Shown here one piece after another: positions 1 to 13,260 of a stretch of DNA of 64,000 nt (the first letter of the stretch is position 1; the number at the start of each line of letters is the position of its first letter). Source of the stretch: Octopus vulgaris (taxonomy: Eukaryota); NCBI GenBank assembly GCA_951406725.2, contig OX597814.1:217806001-217870000 (forward strand). The letters are read 5' to 3'. The notes beneath the pieces are model-generated. The model saw only the letters and a program-made list of their open reading frames with translations, was not told where the DNA came from and ran no database searches. A program made the position numbers and the translations under genes.

Positions 1-202
1 CTATCAAACATAATGCCTATTGATTCCCATTGATTTAAATTAATCATGCATTATCTCATGTCGTCAAGATGTTGATGGTGTAATTACTTAATGTAGAATA
101 ACATTGTAGGGTAGGTGTGAGAGCCTGGATCTGGTCAGTTTGAATATAAAGCAGATTAACTATTTTGGCCGGATATGGCCGGTTTAAATACTAAAGGGTT
201 AA
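1..202. mobile_element. piggyBac-like MITE family P1 (cut by window edge)
   Basis: Ends TAAAGGG|TTAA; homologous copies at about 13580-13775, 52357-52586, 60767-60900 and 63976-64000. Confidence 0.65.
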
Positions 203-810
203 ACTGCATCCAGTGGTGAAGTATTTCAGCTTGAGTGCTTTGGAGTTTAGCGGGGTACAGAGTTCCTTTTTAGTCATCACTACACCCAAGTCTGTTCTGG
301 TCCAGAGTGGTAGCATCTGTCAAAGGTCCCAGTTACAGACAGGTCAAATAGCAGAGGATGGACATGTGGCTAAGGTATGAAGGGCTTGTGGGAGAGCTGG
401 TATCTAGACATGCGTTACATAGATCTACCAATGTGTTAATGTCAGGTGAATCAGTGCCCCCCCCACCTATGAGTTAAATAGACCTTGTACCTTAGGAGAG
501 GAGGAAACTAAAAGAGTAAATTGTAAACAAACCAGTAGAAGACAACAGGAAGCTCCTGCTGTATCTTTCCTAAGAAAAATCATGAATCAGTTCACCAGTT
601 TTAGAGAGTTGTTCAGTAAATATTTGGCAACTTTCAAAAATAGTTTCTATAAAGCTTAGAAGGAGCTAAAAGGCACCTCCTACAGATAATGTCCAGCTGC
701 TTCTTCAAATATGTTTGGCAGAACATGATCTTAGCATTGAGGCCCATGATCCCTGACACTTTTAGGCATGGCATATGGAGAGAGAGAGAGAGACTATGTG
801 TGTGCATGTG

Positions 811-851
<41 letters not shown>

Positions 852-967
852 ACATAAAATAAAAAAGTCACTGTTAAATATGGAAACTTATTTGTTAGCA
901 AAGGTTTTTAATGTTTCTTGATAAATACATTTGAAAATCTTTTCATTAAATCAAAATTTATTTATTA

Positions 968-1316
968 TCATGGCCGTTGCCAGCGCCGCCCCGACTGGCC
1001 TCCGTGCCGGTGGCACGTAAAAGCACCATCCGTTCGTGTCCGTTGCCAGCCTTGCCTGGCCCCCGTGCCGGTGGCACGTAAAAGCACCATCCATTCGTGG
1101 CCGTTTGCCAGCTCTGTCTGGCGCCTGTGCGGGTCGCACGTAAAAAGCACCCACTACACTCGTGGAGTGGTTGGCGTTAGGAAGGGCATCCAGCCGTAGA
1201 AACACTGCCAGATCAGACTGGGCCTGATACAGCCTTCTGGCTTCACAGACCCCAGTTGAACCGTCCAACCCATGCTAGCATGGAAAGCGGACACTAAATG
1301 GTGATGATGATGATGA
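968..1316 (+). mobile_element. RTE LINE 3'-end copy
   Basis: Homologous to the 3' UTR of RTE 2026-3531; GGTGGCACGTAAAAAGCACC subrepeats; (GAT)n tail. Confidence 0.85.
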
Positions 1317-1406
1317 ACACAAAATCCCTGATCTGCCATAAGATGAAAGGAAAAAGAACAAAAAAAAGCACGCACGCACACACACATACACACACAAAAA
1401 AGCACG

Positions 1407-1446
<40 letters not shown>

Positions 1447-2025
1447 TAATTCAGCATAAAACAATACCAACTATTTTATAGCATCTGATGCACTGAAAAA
1501 ATGCCCATCATGGCCGTGAGTCAAGACATTGTCATAACTTTTGCTTTATTTTACCTCTGGTTAAAGCATACAATTCTTCATGCTTAGAACTCACAAGTGA
1601 ATTCCACTTCTGTAACACACTTGAAGTAGTTCATAATGAGAAAGAGCATCAAAGCTATAACATCAATGACACCACTAACAACATGAAAATATCCACATTT
1701 TGGGAACCTTTAACACCTTTCCTAACACATACACACACACACACTATTGGTGCAATACATCGTGTGTGTCTCTTAGTGTTTGTGTTGTAGTTGTTTTCCC
1801 ACCACCACTTGACAATTGGTGTTAGTTTGCTTATGTTGCCTTAACTTAGTGGTTTGTCAAAAGAGATTGATAGAATAAGCACCTGACTTTAATAAATTTG
1901 GACTGGGGCTAATTTGTTCAACTAGACCCTTCAAAGCAATGCCCCAGCATGGACGGAGTGCATACTTTCTTGTCATTTTCTTTATTTCCTTCATATTTTA
2001 TGCATATATATATATATATATATAT

Positions 2026-3531
2026 CATCATCATCATCATCATCATCATCGTTTAACGTCCACTTTCCATGCTAGCACGGGTTGGACGGCTCGACCGGGG
2101 TCTGGGAAGCCAGGGGCTGCACCAGGCTCCAGTCTGATCTGGCAGTGTTTCTACAGCTGGATGCCCTTCCTAATGCCAACCACTCCGCGAGTGTAGTGGG
2201 TGCTTTTTACGTGCCACCTGCACAGGTGCCAGGGGAGTCCGGCATCGGCCACAGTCGGATTGGTGCTTTTAACGTGCCACCGGCACAGAAGCCAGTCGAG
2301 GCGGCGCTGACAACGGCCATGTTCGGATGGTGCTTTTTATGTGCCACCGACACAGGTATCACAACTACTATTTCCATTGATATTTGTTTCGATGTTCATG
2401 TACATGCACTCGACTCAACAGGTCTCCTCAAGCACAGCGAGATGTTCTGGGATCCAAGGTACTTTGAATGGGCAGGGGCTATGCGGAACTGGTGCCGGAA
2501 GCGTCCCGGGTCTTTGTAGTCACAGCACCTCTCCAGAGATCTCGGTCCTTTGCCATTGCCTCAGTGAGGCCCAAAGCTCTGAGGTCATGCTTGACTACCT
2601 CATCCCATGTCTTCCTGGGTCTACCTCTCCCCCTGATTCCTTCAACTGTTTGGGAGCGGCACTTCTTCACACATCTCTCCTCATCCATCCGCAGTACATG
2701 ACCATACCATTGCAAGCGTCGCTCTTGCACACCGCATATGATGCTTCTTATGTCTAGCATTTCTCTCAGGGTGCTTACACTCTGTCGTGCATTCACACTG
2801 ACATTACACATCCAGCGGATCATGCTAGGTTCATTTCTTTCAAGTCTACGCATGTCCTCTGCAGTCACGGCCCATGTTTCACTGCCGTGAAGCATGGCAG
2901 TTCGCACACATGCATCATACAATCTACCTTTCACTCTGAGTGAGAGACCCTTTGTCGCCAGTAGGGGTAGGAGCTTTCTAAACTTTGCCCAGGCTATTCG
3001 TATTCTAGTGGTGACACTCTCTGAGCATCCACCTCCACTACTAACTTGGTCACCCGGGTAGCGGAAACTATCAACTACTTCTAGTTTCTCCCCCTGGAGT
3101 GTGATGGAATCTGTTTTCTGAGTATTTGTGGTGTCTATTGTCCCTGTGCATCTGCCGCACATGAAAGCTATCTTATCAGTTAATTTCCCTTTGATGTTGC
3201 TGCACCTCTTATGCATCCATAGCTTACACTAGGTGCATCTTATGGAGTTTCTACCTACACCTTTCCTACAGATCGAGCAAGGCCACCTGCCCGATGGGGT
3301 GTGTGCTGAGTTTGCCTTTCTGCTTACTATAACTTTGGTCTTCGCTACATTTACTCTAAGGCCCTTTGATTCTAACCCTTGTTTTCACACCCGAAATTTC
3401 TTTTCTAGTTCCGGTAGTGATTCTGCTATGAGAGCCAGGTCATCAGCATAGAGGAGCTCCCAGGGGCAACCTGTTTTGAATTCCTCTGTTATTGCCTGGA
3501 GGACTATGATGAATAAAAGGGGACTGAGGGC
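2026..3531 (-). mobile_element. 5'-truncated RTE-clade LINE (RT C-terminal part, 3' UTR and (GAT)n tail)
   Basis: LSPLLFIIVL...WELLYADDLAL, then ORF 3216-2479 (FRYPG, MLHGSETW, WYGHVLRM, GRGRPRKTW); 3' UTR with AGGAAGGGCATC; stops present. Confidence 0.92.
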
Positions 3532-3532
3532 T

Positions 3533-4185
<653 letters not shown>

Positions 4186-4890
4186 CTATAGAAAATGAAT
4201 AAAACAAACAATAACAAGAAACAATAACTAAATATGAAAATTAAGAGCTTATTTTTAATGAGAAAATGTTAGGATTCAAATGAATGGTAAGTGAATGAGA
4301 TAATCATTACTCAGCTACTGAAATAATAAAGAAGGAAACTAATATTGGGGGTGGGGTGAGGGATACTAAAATGCAATGTACCAATTCTACAAAGTTGTTC
4401 GGTAAATATTTACCAACTTCCAGAAATAGTTGTTGTAAGCTTAGAAATAACCAAAATGGCCCTTCTGCAGATAATCCCCAGCTGCTTATGCTCAGCAGAA
4501 CATTCCAGCTTGCTTTTATACCAACTATTTACAATTTAGTCCCACAAACATTATACTAATTCTCTTGTGCTCCTTCTTGACCCAACTTTTGTTTTTCTCT
4601 GTTTTGTTTTTTATGTCAATTACTTTACTGGGGACACACACCCAAATATCAAAAAACGTTTGTCAAATTGGGGCGCCCTGTTGCACAGTTGACACACCCA
4701 CCCACACACGTATACACCCACACAATTTAATGTAAATATACACTACAGTAAAGACAGTATCAGAGAAACAATTAGGGTATGAACCCAGTAGCTACAGAAG
4801 CGAACACACCCAGACATAGATTTCTTTATGGTAAAGCAAAGTAAACTTGAAGAATTATGTAGGACAATAACACACAAACACAATTGTCTC

Positions 4891-4921
<31 letters not shown>

Positions 4922-6221
4922 TACACACACACACAGATGATGTTAAAAACATGCATGTTTACAATATGTAGATAATTACTATATAATTGACAACATATTA
5001 CAAACATAGTAGTATATATATATATATATATATATATGTGTATATATATATATGTACGTGTGTATGTGTGTAAGCATGTCTGTATGCGTGCACAAATTTA
5101 CATTGATAGCACATAGACTACGCAAAAGCTTCCCAGATATTCACAGCAGGCACCCAATCAAGCATGCACACACACACAACTGAATAATAAAGTAAAAAAA
5201 GATAAAAGAAGTATATATATTTATAGCCTGGCAGTAAAATATCTGACTCTTGGATAAAGATAGCAGAGTCAATGCCAGTTTGCAGCTGTGTTTGAACTTC
5301 ACAAATACACTGAGTTTGTGCAGTAGAAGAGCAGTAATGTAAAAAAAACAAAAAAACATTAAAAAATTATAAAAAAATCAAGAAAGCCCCAGAAAACTAT
5401 TCATTATTATCTGAATATCACAGAGGAATGATCTGATCTGATTAAAAAGAATCTAAGAGTTTTCTTCTCAACAGAACTTATAAAATACAACAATAAAGCA
5501 AACGTACAGATATAACAGATGCCAATGAGATTAGCACAATGTCTTTCACAGAAGTCATTCAGTACAAGGTTGAAAATTATGAGAATTGTAAAAGATAGGT
5601 AATGAAAAAGAGTGGGGAGGATGGGGGGATCTTTTCTAAGATGCATTTTGCAAGTGGCTAAATAGGATTGGCTGGTTGAAAGTTTTTACTTTAAGCAAAG
5701 GATATTTTTAACTGACAATGCATGGCTGCAATCTTTGACAAAGAATGTCTCACTCAACACTTTTGGAACTCGATTTACAAGACAGGCAAGATGTAGAGTG
5801 CATACTAGTTGTAGGATGGTTGCTACTAATCTATTTACGGAAAAATAGTTTGGATGATTAACGGGATAGAGATATAATTGAAGAAATCATGAAATTAATT
5901 GCATTTAGAGTTGATGAAAGCAATTCTATGAATATGTCTGAAAATATGTATACTTAAGATATGAAAAAGATTTTTTTTCTTTTTCCAGTGATAGCAGTAA
6001 ATGAAAAATAAAAGTAAAATGAAACTTATAGAGCAAACCTTGTGATTTATTTATATTAGTGAAACTGGACTAGGATTGTTAACTAGTAAATATGTCAATT
6101 ATTCATTGATTATATACATATTAAATACTCCCATTTTAACTTGCAAAATTCTCTCTCTCTTTCATTTTCTAACATTTTATACCTTGCACATACAAGTATG
6201 CATCTTATAGTTTACACAAAC

Positions 6222-7132
6222 TACAGTGGTATCAAAAAGGGTTCTTCAACTAGTTCTGTAGCACACCAACAGATGGCAGCACACAGTTGTGTGTACAGTG
6301 AAAGCTAGCAGTGACCTTCATGAGACAGTGTGCTGAGTGACAATGCTGTGTTTATTTTGCAAGTTGTGAAATTTGTGATTTTGTGATCACGTGTGTCTGC
6401 TGTAGTCTGTGATTTTGTCATGGACAGGAACAAAGAGCCAATGTGAAATTTTGTGTTAAACTTGGCAAGTCTGCTGCAGAGACATTAAGAATGCTGCTTC
6501 AGCAAGCTTACAGTGATGATGAGGCAATGGGTGATATTCAATGTTTCAAGTGGCACAGGTGCTTCCAAAGTGGAAGAACATCCTGGAAGACCTGCCATGA
6601 GTGTCATCCCTGGAAATGTATTGTGTATCATGAATTCATCCCTCAGGATCAGACTGTCAATCAAGAGTTCTACTGCAATGTTTTGAAGCATTTGAGAGAG
6701 GACATTTGGGGAAAGTGACCCCAGATCTGTGGAACATGAAGAATTGGATTCTTCACAATGACAATGGACCCTGTCACCAGGTTCTCCTCACTCTTGAGTT
6801 TCTCACCAAAAGCAACATCAAACTGCTTCCACACCCACCCTATTTGCCAGATTTAGCACCTGCAAACTTCCATCTCTTCTCCCCACCAGATGGAAATGCA
6901 GTTCAGAGGCCACTGTTTTAACACCATTGTTGAGGTCCAGAGCAAATTGCAGAAGGCTCTTGACTCACTTATGGAAAATGGCTTCCAGGCTGGATTCCAA
7001 AAGTGGGCAGGAACACTGGAACTGGTGCTACTCAAGGTAACTATTTTGAAGGAAATTATGTTAAAACTTAGGTAAATAAGTTATTTTTTATTAAACATAA
7101 CTAGTCCAAGAACCTTTTGATACCACCTAGTA
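6222..7132 (+). mobile_element. Mariner element, internally deleted
   Basis: TA-flanked TIRs (GTGGTATCAAAA.GGTTCTT..ACTAGTT); KFCVKLGKSAAET, ILHNDNGPCH, HPPYLPDLAPANF in broken frames. Confidence 0.9.
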
Positions 7133-8503
7133 GACTACTTTTATCTTTCACTTGTTTTAGCCACTGGACTATGGTCATACTGAAGCCCTGCACTGCAAAT
7201 GAATTTCATATTAATTCTTTTAAAAACAACAGGTGACCAAAACAAGTGGCTTGACTTTAAATTCCTGCACAAAGACAAAAAGCACCAACTGTAGGTATAA
7301 CTCAGACCACATAACTTGGTAGTCATCATCATCATCATCATCATCATCATATTTAATGTATGTTTTCCGTGATGCTATGCATTGGATGGTTTGACAGGAA
7401 TTGGCAAGTCATAAGATTGCACCAAGTTCTGCCAACTGCTTTGCTATGGTTTCTACAGCTGAATACCCCTCCTAATTAAAGTGTATTGGGTGCTTTTTAC
7501 ATAGCTCCAATAGCAGTGAGATCACTAAGTGGCATGCAAGACAATATCCCTCAACTGAGGTGGGGAGTAGTACAGAGGGACAGTAAAAGGTGTCTTGCAG
7601 TAGAGAAGTAACAGAGCTGCCTCAGGTGAGAGAGAGAGAGAGAGAGGAGAGAGAGAAGAGTGAGGAGAGAGAATGGAGAAAATGAGAAACTATTAGGAGG
7701 TGTATACAGGGAAGTGGACCAGAGATTGGAGAATCAATTCAAAGAGCATCTATTTTATAGCCACCAACATTAAGTAAGGCCTATAACTTAAATATCATAC
7801 AATTTAATGTCCGTGACAGTATTGCTATATATCTTTGGAAGTGTTATCTATCTATATATATCTATATATCAATGCCTTGACTACTCACTTTCGGTATATT
7901 TGTTCCTTAGTAGAGATAACATTAAACAGATAACAAATTACATAATTCTTATTAACTGATAAAATAACTAACAATAGCTGAAAAGTAGGTAAGATATAAC
8001 AAAAATGTGAAGCAGTATAAGACAAGACGAGGTGGGGGAAAATTTGTGTAATCAATGTTGAGAAAACTTGGAGAGAAATTTCAATAGTGAAATAAAATCT
8101 CTGTAGCAGTTTCATTAGCAACTGTTTCTGCAACATAATAAAATAATCTCATCATTAAAATACTATTATTTAGTAGTACTCTTGAACTACCAGTTGAGAT
8201 GAAATGTGAATAAAATAATGATCTATTAGAGTTCTATTCTAATTGGTAATCTGGTAGGTTTTATGTTTATATAGCAATACAAAGTTTTGCTGATTAGTTT
8301 TAGTTAATGAAAATATGAAATAATGGAAGTAGACTATCAATATTTCAAGTCTCCTTAAACCCTTGTCCAATCCTGCTGTCCTACATGATCTTAGAATTAG
8401 GCTAAAAGTCTTAGAGGCACTCTGTAGTATATGGACATGTTAAAACAACAAAATTTTATAAAGTATGTACTATAGGCTTATTAAATATATATATATATAT
8501 ATA

Positions 8504-8714
8504 TATTTTATAGAAGGAGCTTCTACAGGACTAGAACTGTTTCACAGATGAAATTTTGACAGCCAGCTTCCTGAAGATTTCATCTGAATGAAACAGTTCT
8601 AGTCCTGTAGAAGCTCCTTCTATAAAATAAATTACTTTACTCTGCTATGTATTGAGTACCTTATTTACTGTGGTTAACCCCAACTCAACCCGGGACCTAC
8701 ATATATATATATAT
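8504..8714 (+). mobile_element. Penelope-like element end (inverted pseudo-LTR fragment)
   Basis: About 50-bp inverted arms 8504-8554/8577-8629, a hammerhead motif, 3' end CTACATATATA, and (TA)n on both sides. Confidence 0.55.
8565..8615 (+). ncRNA. Type I hammerhead ribozyme motif inside an inverted repeat
   Basis: Stem I AGCTTC/GAAGCT; CTGAAGA 8571-8577; short stem II TTC-ATCT-GAA with a T.T closing mismatch; GAA; stem III ACAG/CTGT; GUA ending at 8609. Confidence 0.65.
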
Positions 8715-9093
8715 AAAGCTGAAATTGTCTGTGTATGGCAGGTTTGGTAGCCTTCAACTAACACTATTTCCTCTGAGACTCTGCAGCACAAGTTGACCAA
8801 AGTTGAGAGTCTGATAGAAGAAGGCTTGCTCTTCCTTCCGTAGAAGAAAAAATTCAAATCAGACCATGTTAACACAAAAAATTATTTACATCAAAAAGGT
8901 GCTTTTTTTCTACGAAAATCCCTATTTTTTACAATTTTTTTACTGCTGTGTCGCCATTTTTTGGTGTATTTCAACCAGAAAAATGTTCACTTAAAGAGAA
9001 TAACAAGCTACATAATGCAAAATTTTTACTTTTCAAAAATTCCAATTCTAAAGGGTCAAAACAAACCCGAGCATTGCTGGGCGATACTTTTAG
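8701..9093 (+). mobile_element. Non-autonomous Helitron (older)
   Basis: TATATAAAGCTGAAATTGTCTGTG start; 3' hairpin CCCGAGCATTGCTGGG then TTAG|T; 5' end blurred by (TA)n. Confidence 0.6.
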
Positions 9094-9537
9094 TGTATAA
9101 TATAATAATTAATATTATTGTGAAAATTTTGGAGAATCATGATCACAATGGTGTTTTTTTTTTTATCCCTTTCCTTAAGTCTATATCTATAACACTGAGT
9201 GAATAAGTGATGGAGTAGCAGTCTTAAGACCTAACAGTATTTACTTTCATCATTCTATGTTTTAAAGTCAAATACCCTTTTCAGAACACTTTGTCTTTCA
9301 TATTCCTGAGGTCGATAAAGTAAACAGTCAATTCAATTGATTAGACACCTTTACAATATCTCTTGCTTTACAAATCATCATTAGATTGATGCAAAAGTAA
9401 TTGTGGCTTTTGTTATTTTAAACTTTGATGCTTATTTTAGAATAAACTTTTTTTTATTTATGTACATGTAATAAAAAAACATTTTGAAGTACAGAGTTCA
9501 GTTTATTGATTTATACTACTAATACATTTATACTAAT

Positions 9538-9776
9538 ACGGTGGCACGTTAAAAGCACAAACCGATCGTGGCCAATGCCAAACCCCCCCTGGCACCTGTG
9601 CAGGTGGCACGTAAAAAGCACCCACTACACTCGCGGAGTGGTTGGCGTTAGGAAGGGCATCCAGCTGTAGAAACACTGCCAGATCAGACTGGAGCCTGGT
9701 GCAGCCCCTGGCTTCCCAGACCCCGGTCGAACCGTCCAACCCGTGCTAGCGAGGAAAACGGACGTTAAACGATGAT
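9538..9776 (+). mobile_element. RTE LINE 3'-end copy inside the Hsmar1-like mariner
   Basis: Near-identical to the reverse complement of about 2045-2285. Confidence 0.85.
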
Positions 9777-10341
9777 CTAATTTACTATCACTGTTTATTC
9801 TTGTTTATTTTAGGCTGTCAAATTAAAGATGGTTAAAAGAAGAAAAAAGCAAGTTGGAACAATTTTATTTAGTTCAAAATGAAATGTGAAGTAGCAGAAA
9901 TCGTTTGTGAATGATTTTCTACAATTGAAAATGAGCTGTGGACCTTTTGCAAAGGAACTTTTGCAGCTGTAGAACTAAATGTTCACCATCCAACGGTTGA
10001 TTGACATTGGAGAGTTAAAAGAACAAAACGCTGTTAGAAATGTTTGCTTTGCACTTACTTTGCATAGCAAAACTAGACATTTCTAGATCCCATTGTGACA
10101 TGTGAGGAAAAATGGGTTATATACATTAACCAATAGCATTCTGCACTTGATGGAACTGAAGCACCAAGACACTTTCCAAAACTCAAACTACATCAAAAGA
10201 AGGTTGTGGTCACTCTTTAGTGGCCAGTAAGTGGAATTATCCACTATTATTTCTTGAATCTTAGTGAAACCATCATAGCAATAAAATGCATCAAGAACTG
10301 AAACATTTGTGTCCAGGATTGGTCAGTCGAAAAGCAAATAA

Positions 10342-11227
10342 TATGAGGTTATATCAAAAAGTTCCCAGACTAATTATTTTTAATAAAAAATAATTCATTT
10401 ACCTAAGTTTTAACATCATTTCTTTCAAAATAGTCACCTTAGGCAGCAATACACCGGTCTCAGTGTTCCGATCACTTTTGGAATCTGGCCTGGAAGTCAT
10501 TTTCTGTGAGTCGAGGACCTTCTGTGAAACGCTCTGGATTTTGACAATGGTTTTAAAATGGCAGCTTTTGAGTGGCATTTCCATCTTGGGGAAGAGATGG
10601 AAGTTCACAAGTGCTAAATCTGGTGAATAAGACAGGTGGAGAAGCAATACCAAGCTGTTTTTGGCAAGAAACTCATGAGTGAGGAGAGCTTGGTGACAGG
10701 ATACATTGTCATTGTGAAAAATCCAAATCTTCACACTCCACTGATCTGGTCAGTTTTGCTGAAAAGTCCTCCCTCACACACTTCAAAACATAGCAGTAGA
10801 ATTCTTGATTGATGGTTTGGCCAGGGAGGGGGGGCGAATTCTTGATGCGCAATATCACATTTTCAGGGTGACACTTGTGAAAGGTCTTCTAGGGATGGTC
10901 TGCTTTTGAAGTACCCGTGTCACTTAAAACATTGCCTTGCCACCATAAGCTTAGCAAAGTATGCTTAATGTTTCTGTAGCAGATTTCTCAAGTTTAATAC
11001 AGAATTTTGTTGGCCTTTTGTTCCTGTCCATCACAAAATCGCAGACTACAGCATACACGTAATCCCCAAAACACAAATCTCACAACTTGTGAAGTAAACA
11101 CAGCAACATCACTTGGCACACTGCCTCCTGAGAATCCCTGCTAGCTCTCACTACATGTGCAACCGTGTGCTGCCATCTGTTGGTGCACTATAGAACTAGT
11201 CTGGAAACTTTTTGATACCATCTCATA
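10342..11227 (-). mobile_element. Second copy of the same deleted mariner, inverted, nested in another mariner
   Basis: TIRs TATGAG.T..TATCAAAAAGTT.CCAGACTA; IFHNDNVSCH, YSPDLALVNF; colinear with 6222-7132. Confidence 0.9.
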
Positions 11228-11474
11228 CCAGATCACATGTTTCTCAAATGAAGTTGCACTACAAAAATCTACCCCAGTCACCTTACTCTCCAGATATCAG
11301 ATCTTTTTCCAACCAACCATCAGTTTTTCAAGCAGCTCAATAAATACCTGCAAAATGGTCTCCAACAACTAAGTGGTAACTCAAAACACCTTTGAAGAAT
11401 TCCCCAGAACTAGAACCCCGAAATTCTTTACTACCAGATTAAATTGACTTGCTTCTTGAAGAATTTTAATCTAA

Positions 11475-11752
11475 TGAATTGACCCTAATATTCATTATCT
11501 CTTTTAAAGTTTGTCTCATTTGCTGAACCACTATGTCATAGGGGGGTAAACACACTAACACTGACTTTCAAAGGAGGCAGGGGGAAAACACACACACATG
11601 ACAGCCTTCTTTCAGGTTCTGTTTACCAAATCCACTCACAAGGCTTTGGTCAGTCAGAGGCTATAGCAGAAGACACTTGCCCAAGGTGCCATGCAGTGGG
11701 ACTGAACCCAGAACTATGTGGTTGGGAGGTAAACTTCTTACCATACAGCCAG
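11475..11752 (-). mobile_element. Older SINE family B copy
   Basis: Diverged match to family B; further old copies near 1760-1950, 18799-19130, 30370-30540, 43672-43990 and 55310-55620. Confidence 0.7.
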
Positions 11753-12179
11753 ATCTACTCTTCCATATAATTGTTAAATAATAACCGAGAGTTATGAAAT
11801 TATAGCCAGCGATAGACTAGAGTTGAGTCAATTAACCTCCTACACAGGTTTATGAAGTTGAAAACATGCAAGAAACTTTAGATGCTTTTTCTCTTCAATC
11901 ACAAAGGAGTGGCTGGTGTTTTGAAGATTGGATCTGGCAAATTTATGACCCTTGAATGTTTGAACGCATTATTCGATAATTAGTAGCACAGAATCTGAGC
12001 CATACATGAAATTATGTGTATCTGTGTAATTATGTATATAAAGACATTCATTAGGAATGGTAGGTTAATGATGGCCATATAAGTGGAAAATGATGTATTT
12101 TTGTGTAATGTTTTGAACAGGGCCTTTTTTTTTTTTGAAGAAAGCATACATACACTAGCACATGAGCACATACACACAT

Positions 12180-12180
<1 letters not shown>

Positions 12181-12236
<56 letters not shown>
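12181..12236. repeat. (CA)n microsatellite
   Basis: Direct reading; others at 817-848, 1372-1444 and (AAT)n at 34264-34319. Confidence 0.95.
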
Positions 12237-12239
<3 letters not shown>

Positions 12240-12629
12240 GAATTAAAAATTAATACAAACATGAAAATTTTTAGTGAAAACTCACCTTCAAACAATTTAA
12301 GAAACAAAGAATGAAGAAACAAAAAAATATATGAGAGGAAAAGTAAAATAACAAAATTGAAATTAGAAAAAAAATTATGAAGTTAACTTGAGACTCAAAA
12401 ATGAATTTGAGGCAAAATAATCGAAAAACAATATTTTCCATTCAATAACAGCAACTAATCACATGTTTGGTATGACATATTAAAACACAGTAACAAAATG
12501 TTAACGACATTAACTATCAAGGCACACACTTGAGCAACAAAGGAACAGTGATAGAAGGTTGTCAGTTACAACTATATATGCAGATATAGATTATGAAATA
12601 AGAAAAATCAAAACTAGACAGAAACAGAT

Positions 12630-13260
12630 ATAAAGTACCAAGTAATATCAACAGCCAATACAAATGCATAAGTTACATAGTTTTAACAACACATATATTA
12701 TAAGCTAATAAATGTGATAGCAACACCCAACCCATGTTAGCAACAGTCAATATTCAAATGATAACATCACCCAAAATAATATACTATGAAAGGATATCAA
12801 CATCCAACATAAAAGGCATAAAACGAAAACAACATATGACATACAACTTATTGAATGTTAGCAACATCTGATATATATATAGACTATTGAATGTTAGCAA
12901 CATCTATAATAAATATTTTTTAATGTTAGCAACAGCCGACAAACTTTTGAATATTAGCAACAGCTAACATACAGACTGTCGAATGATAGTAACATTGATC
13001 ATACAGACTTTTGCACAATAACAACATCTAATATACACACTGTTGAATATTAGCAACATCTGACATAAAGACTATTGCATGTTAACAACATCTAATGTAC
13101 AGACTTTTGGATGCTAGTAACATCTAAGATACAAATTTATTGACTGTTAGCAAGATCTAACATACAGACTTGAGAATGATAACATGAAACATTCAGATTT
13201 TTAAATGACAGCAACATCTAACACACAAACATTTTGAAATGATTAGCAACTACTAAAACA
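12630..13260. repeat. Degenerate ~32-bp minisatellite
   Basis: About 13 clear units of TTGAATGTTAGCAACATCTAACATACAGACT from 12851, more decayed units upstream. Confidence 0.85.

Larger units (their letters stand above)
9381..11460 (+). mobile_element. Hsmar1/cecropia-subfamily mariner, decayed and interrupted twice
   Basis: Left TIR TTAGATTGATGCAAAAGTAATTGTGGCTTTTG; FLDPIVTCEEKW, APRHFPKLKLHQKKVVVT, GIIHYYFL before 10342; SPYSPDI, NHQFFKQL after 11227; right TIR not seen. Confidence 0.82.

Noticed and set aside
951-1268. Recurrent ORF family MDGSTGV...LDALPNANHS
   Set aside because: Antisense readings of the RTE 3' UTR repeat with variable frames and non-ATG starts.
5228-5309. Possible exon CICEVQTQLQTGIDSAIFIQESDILLP
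   Set aside because: No GT donor (weak GC only) and closed in the frame following exon D.
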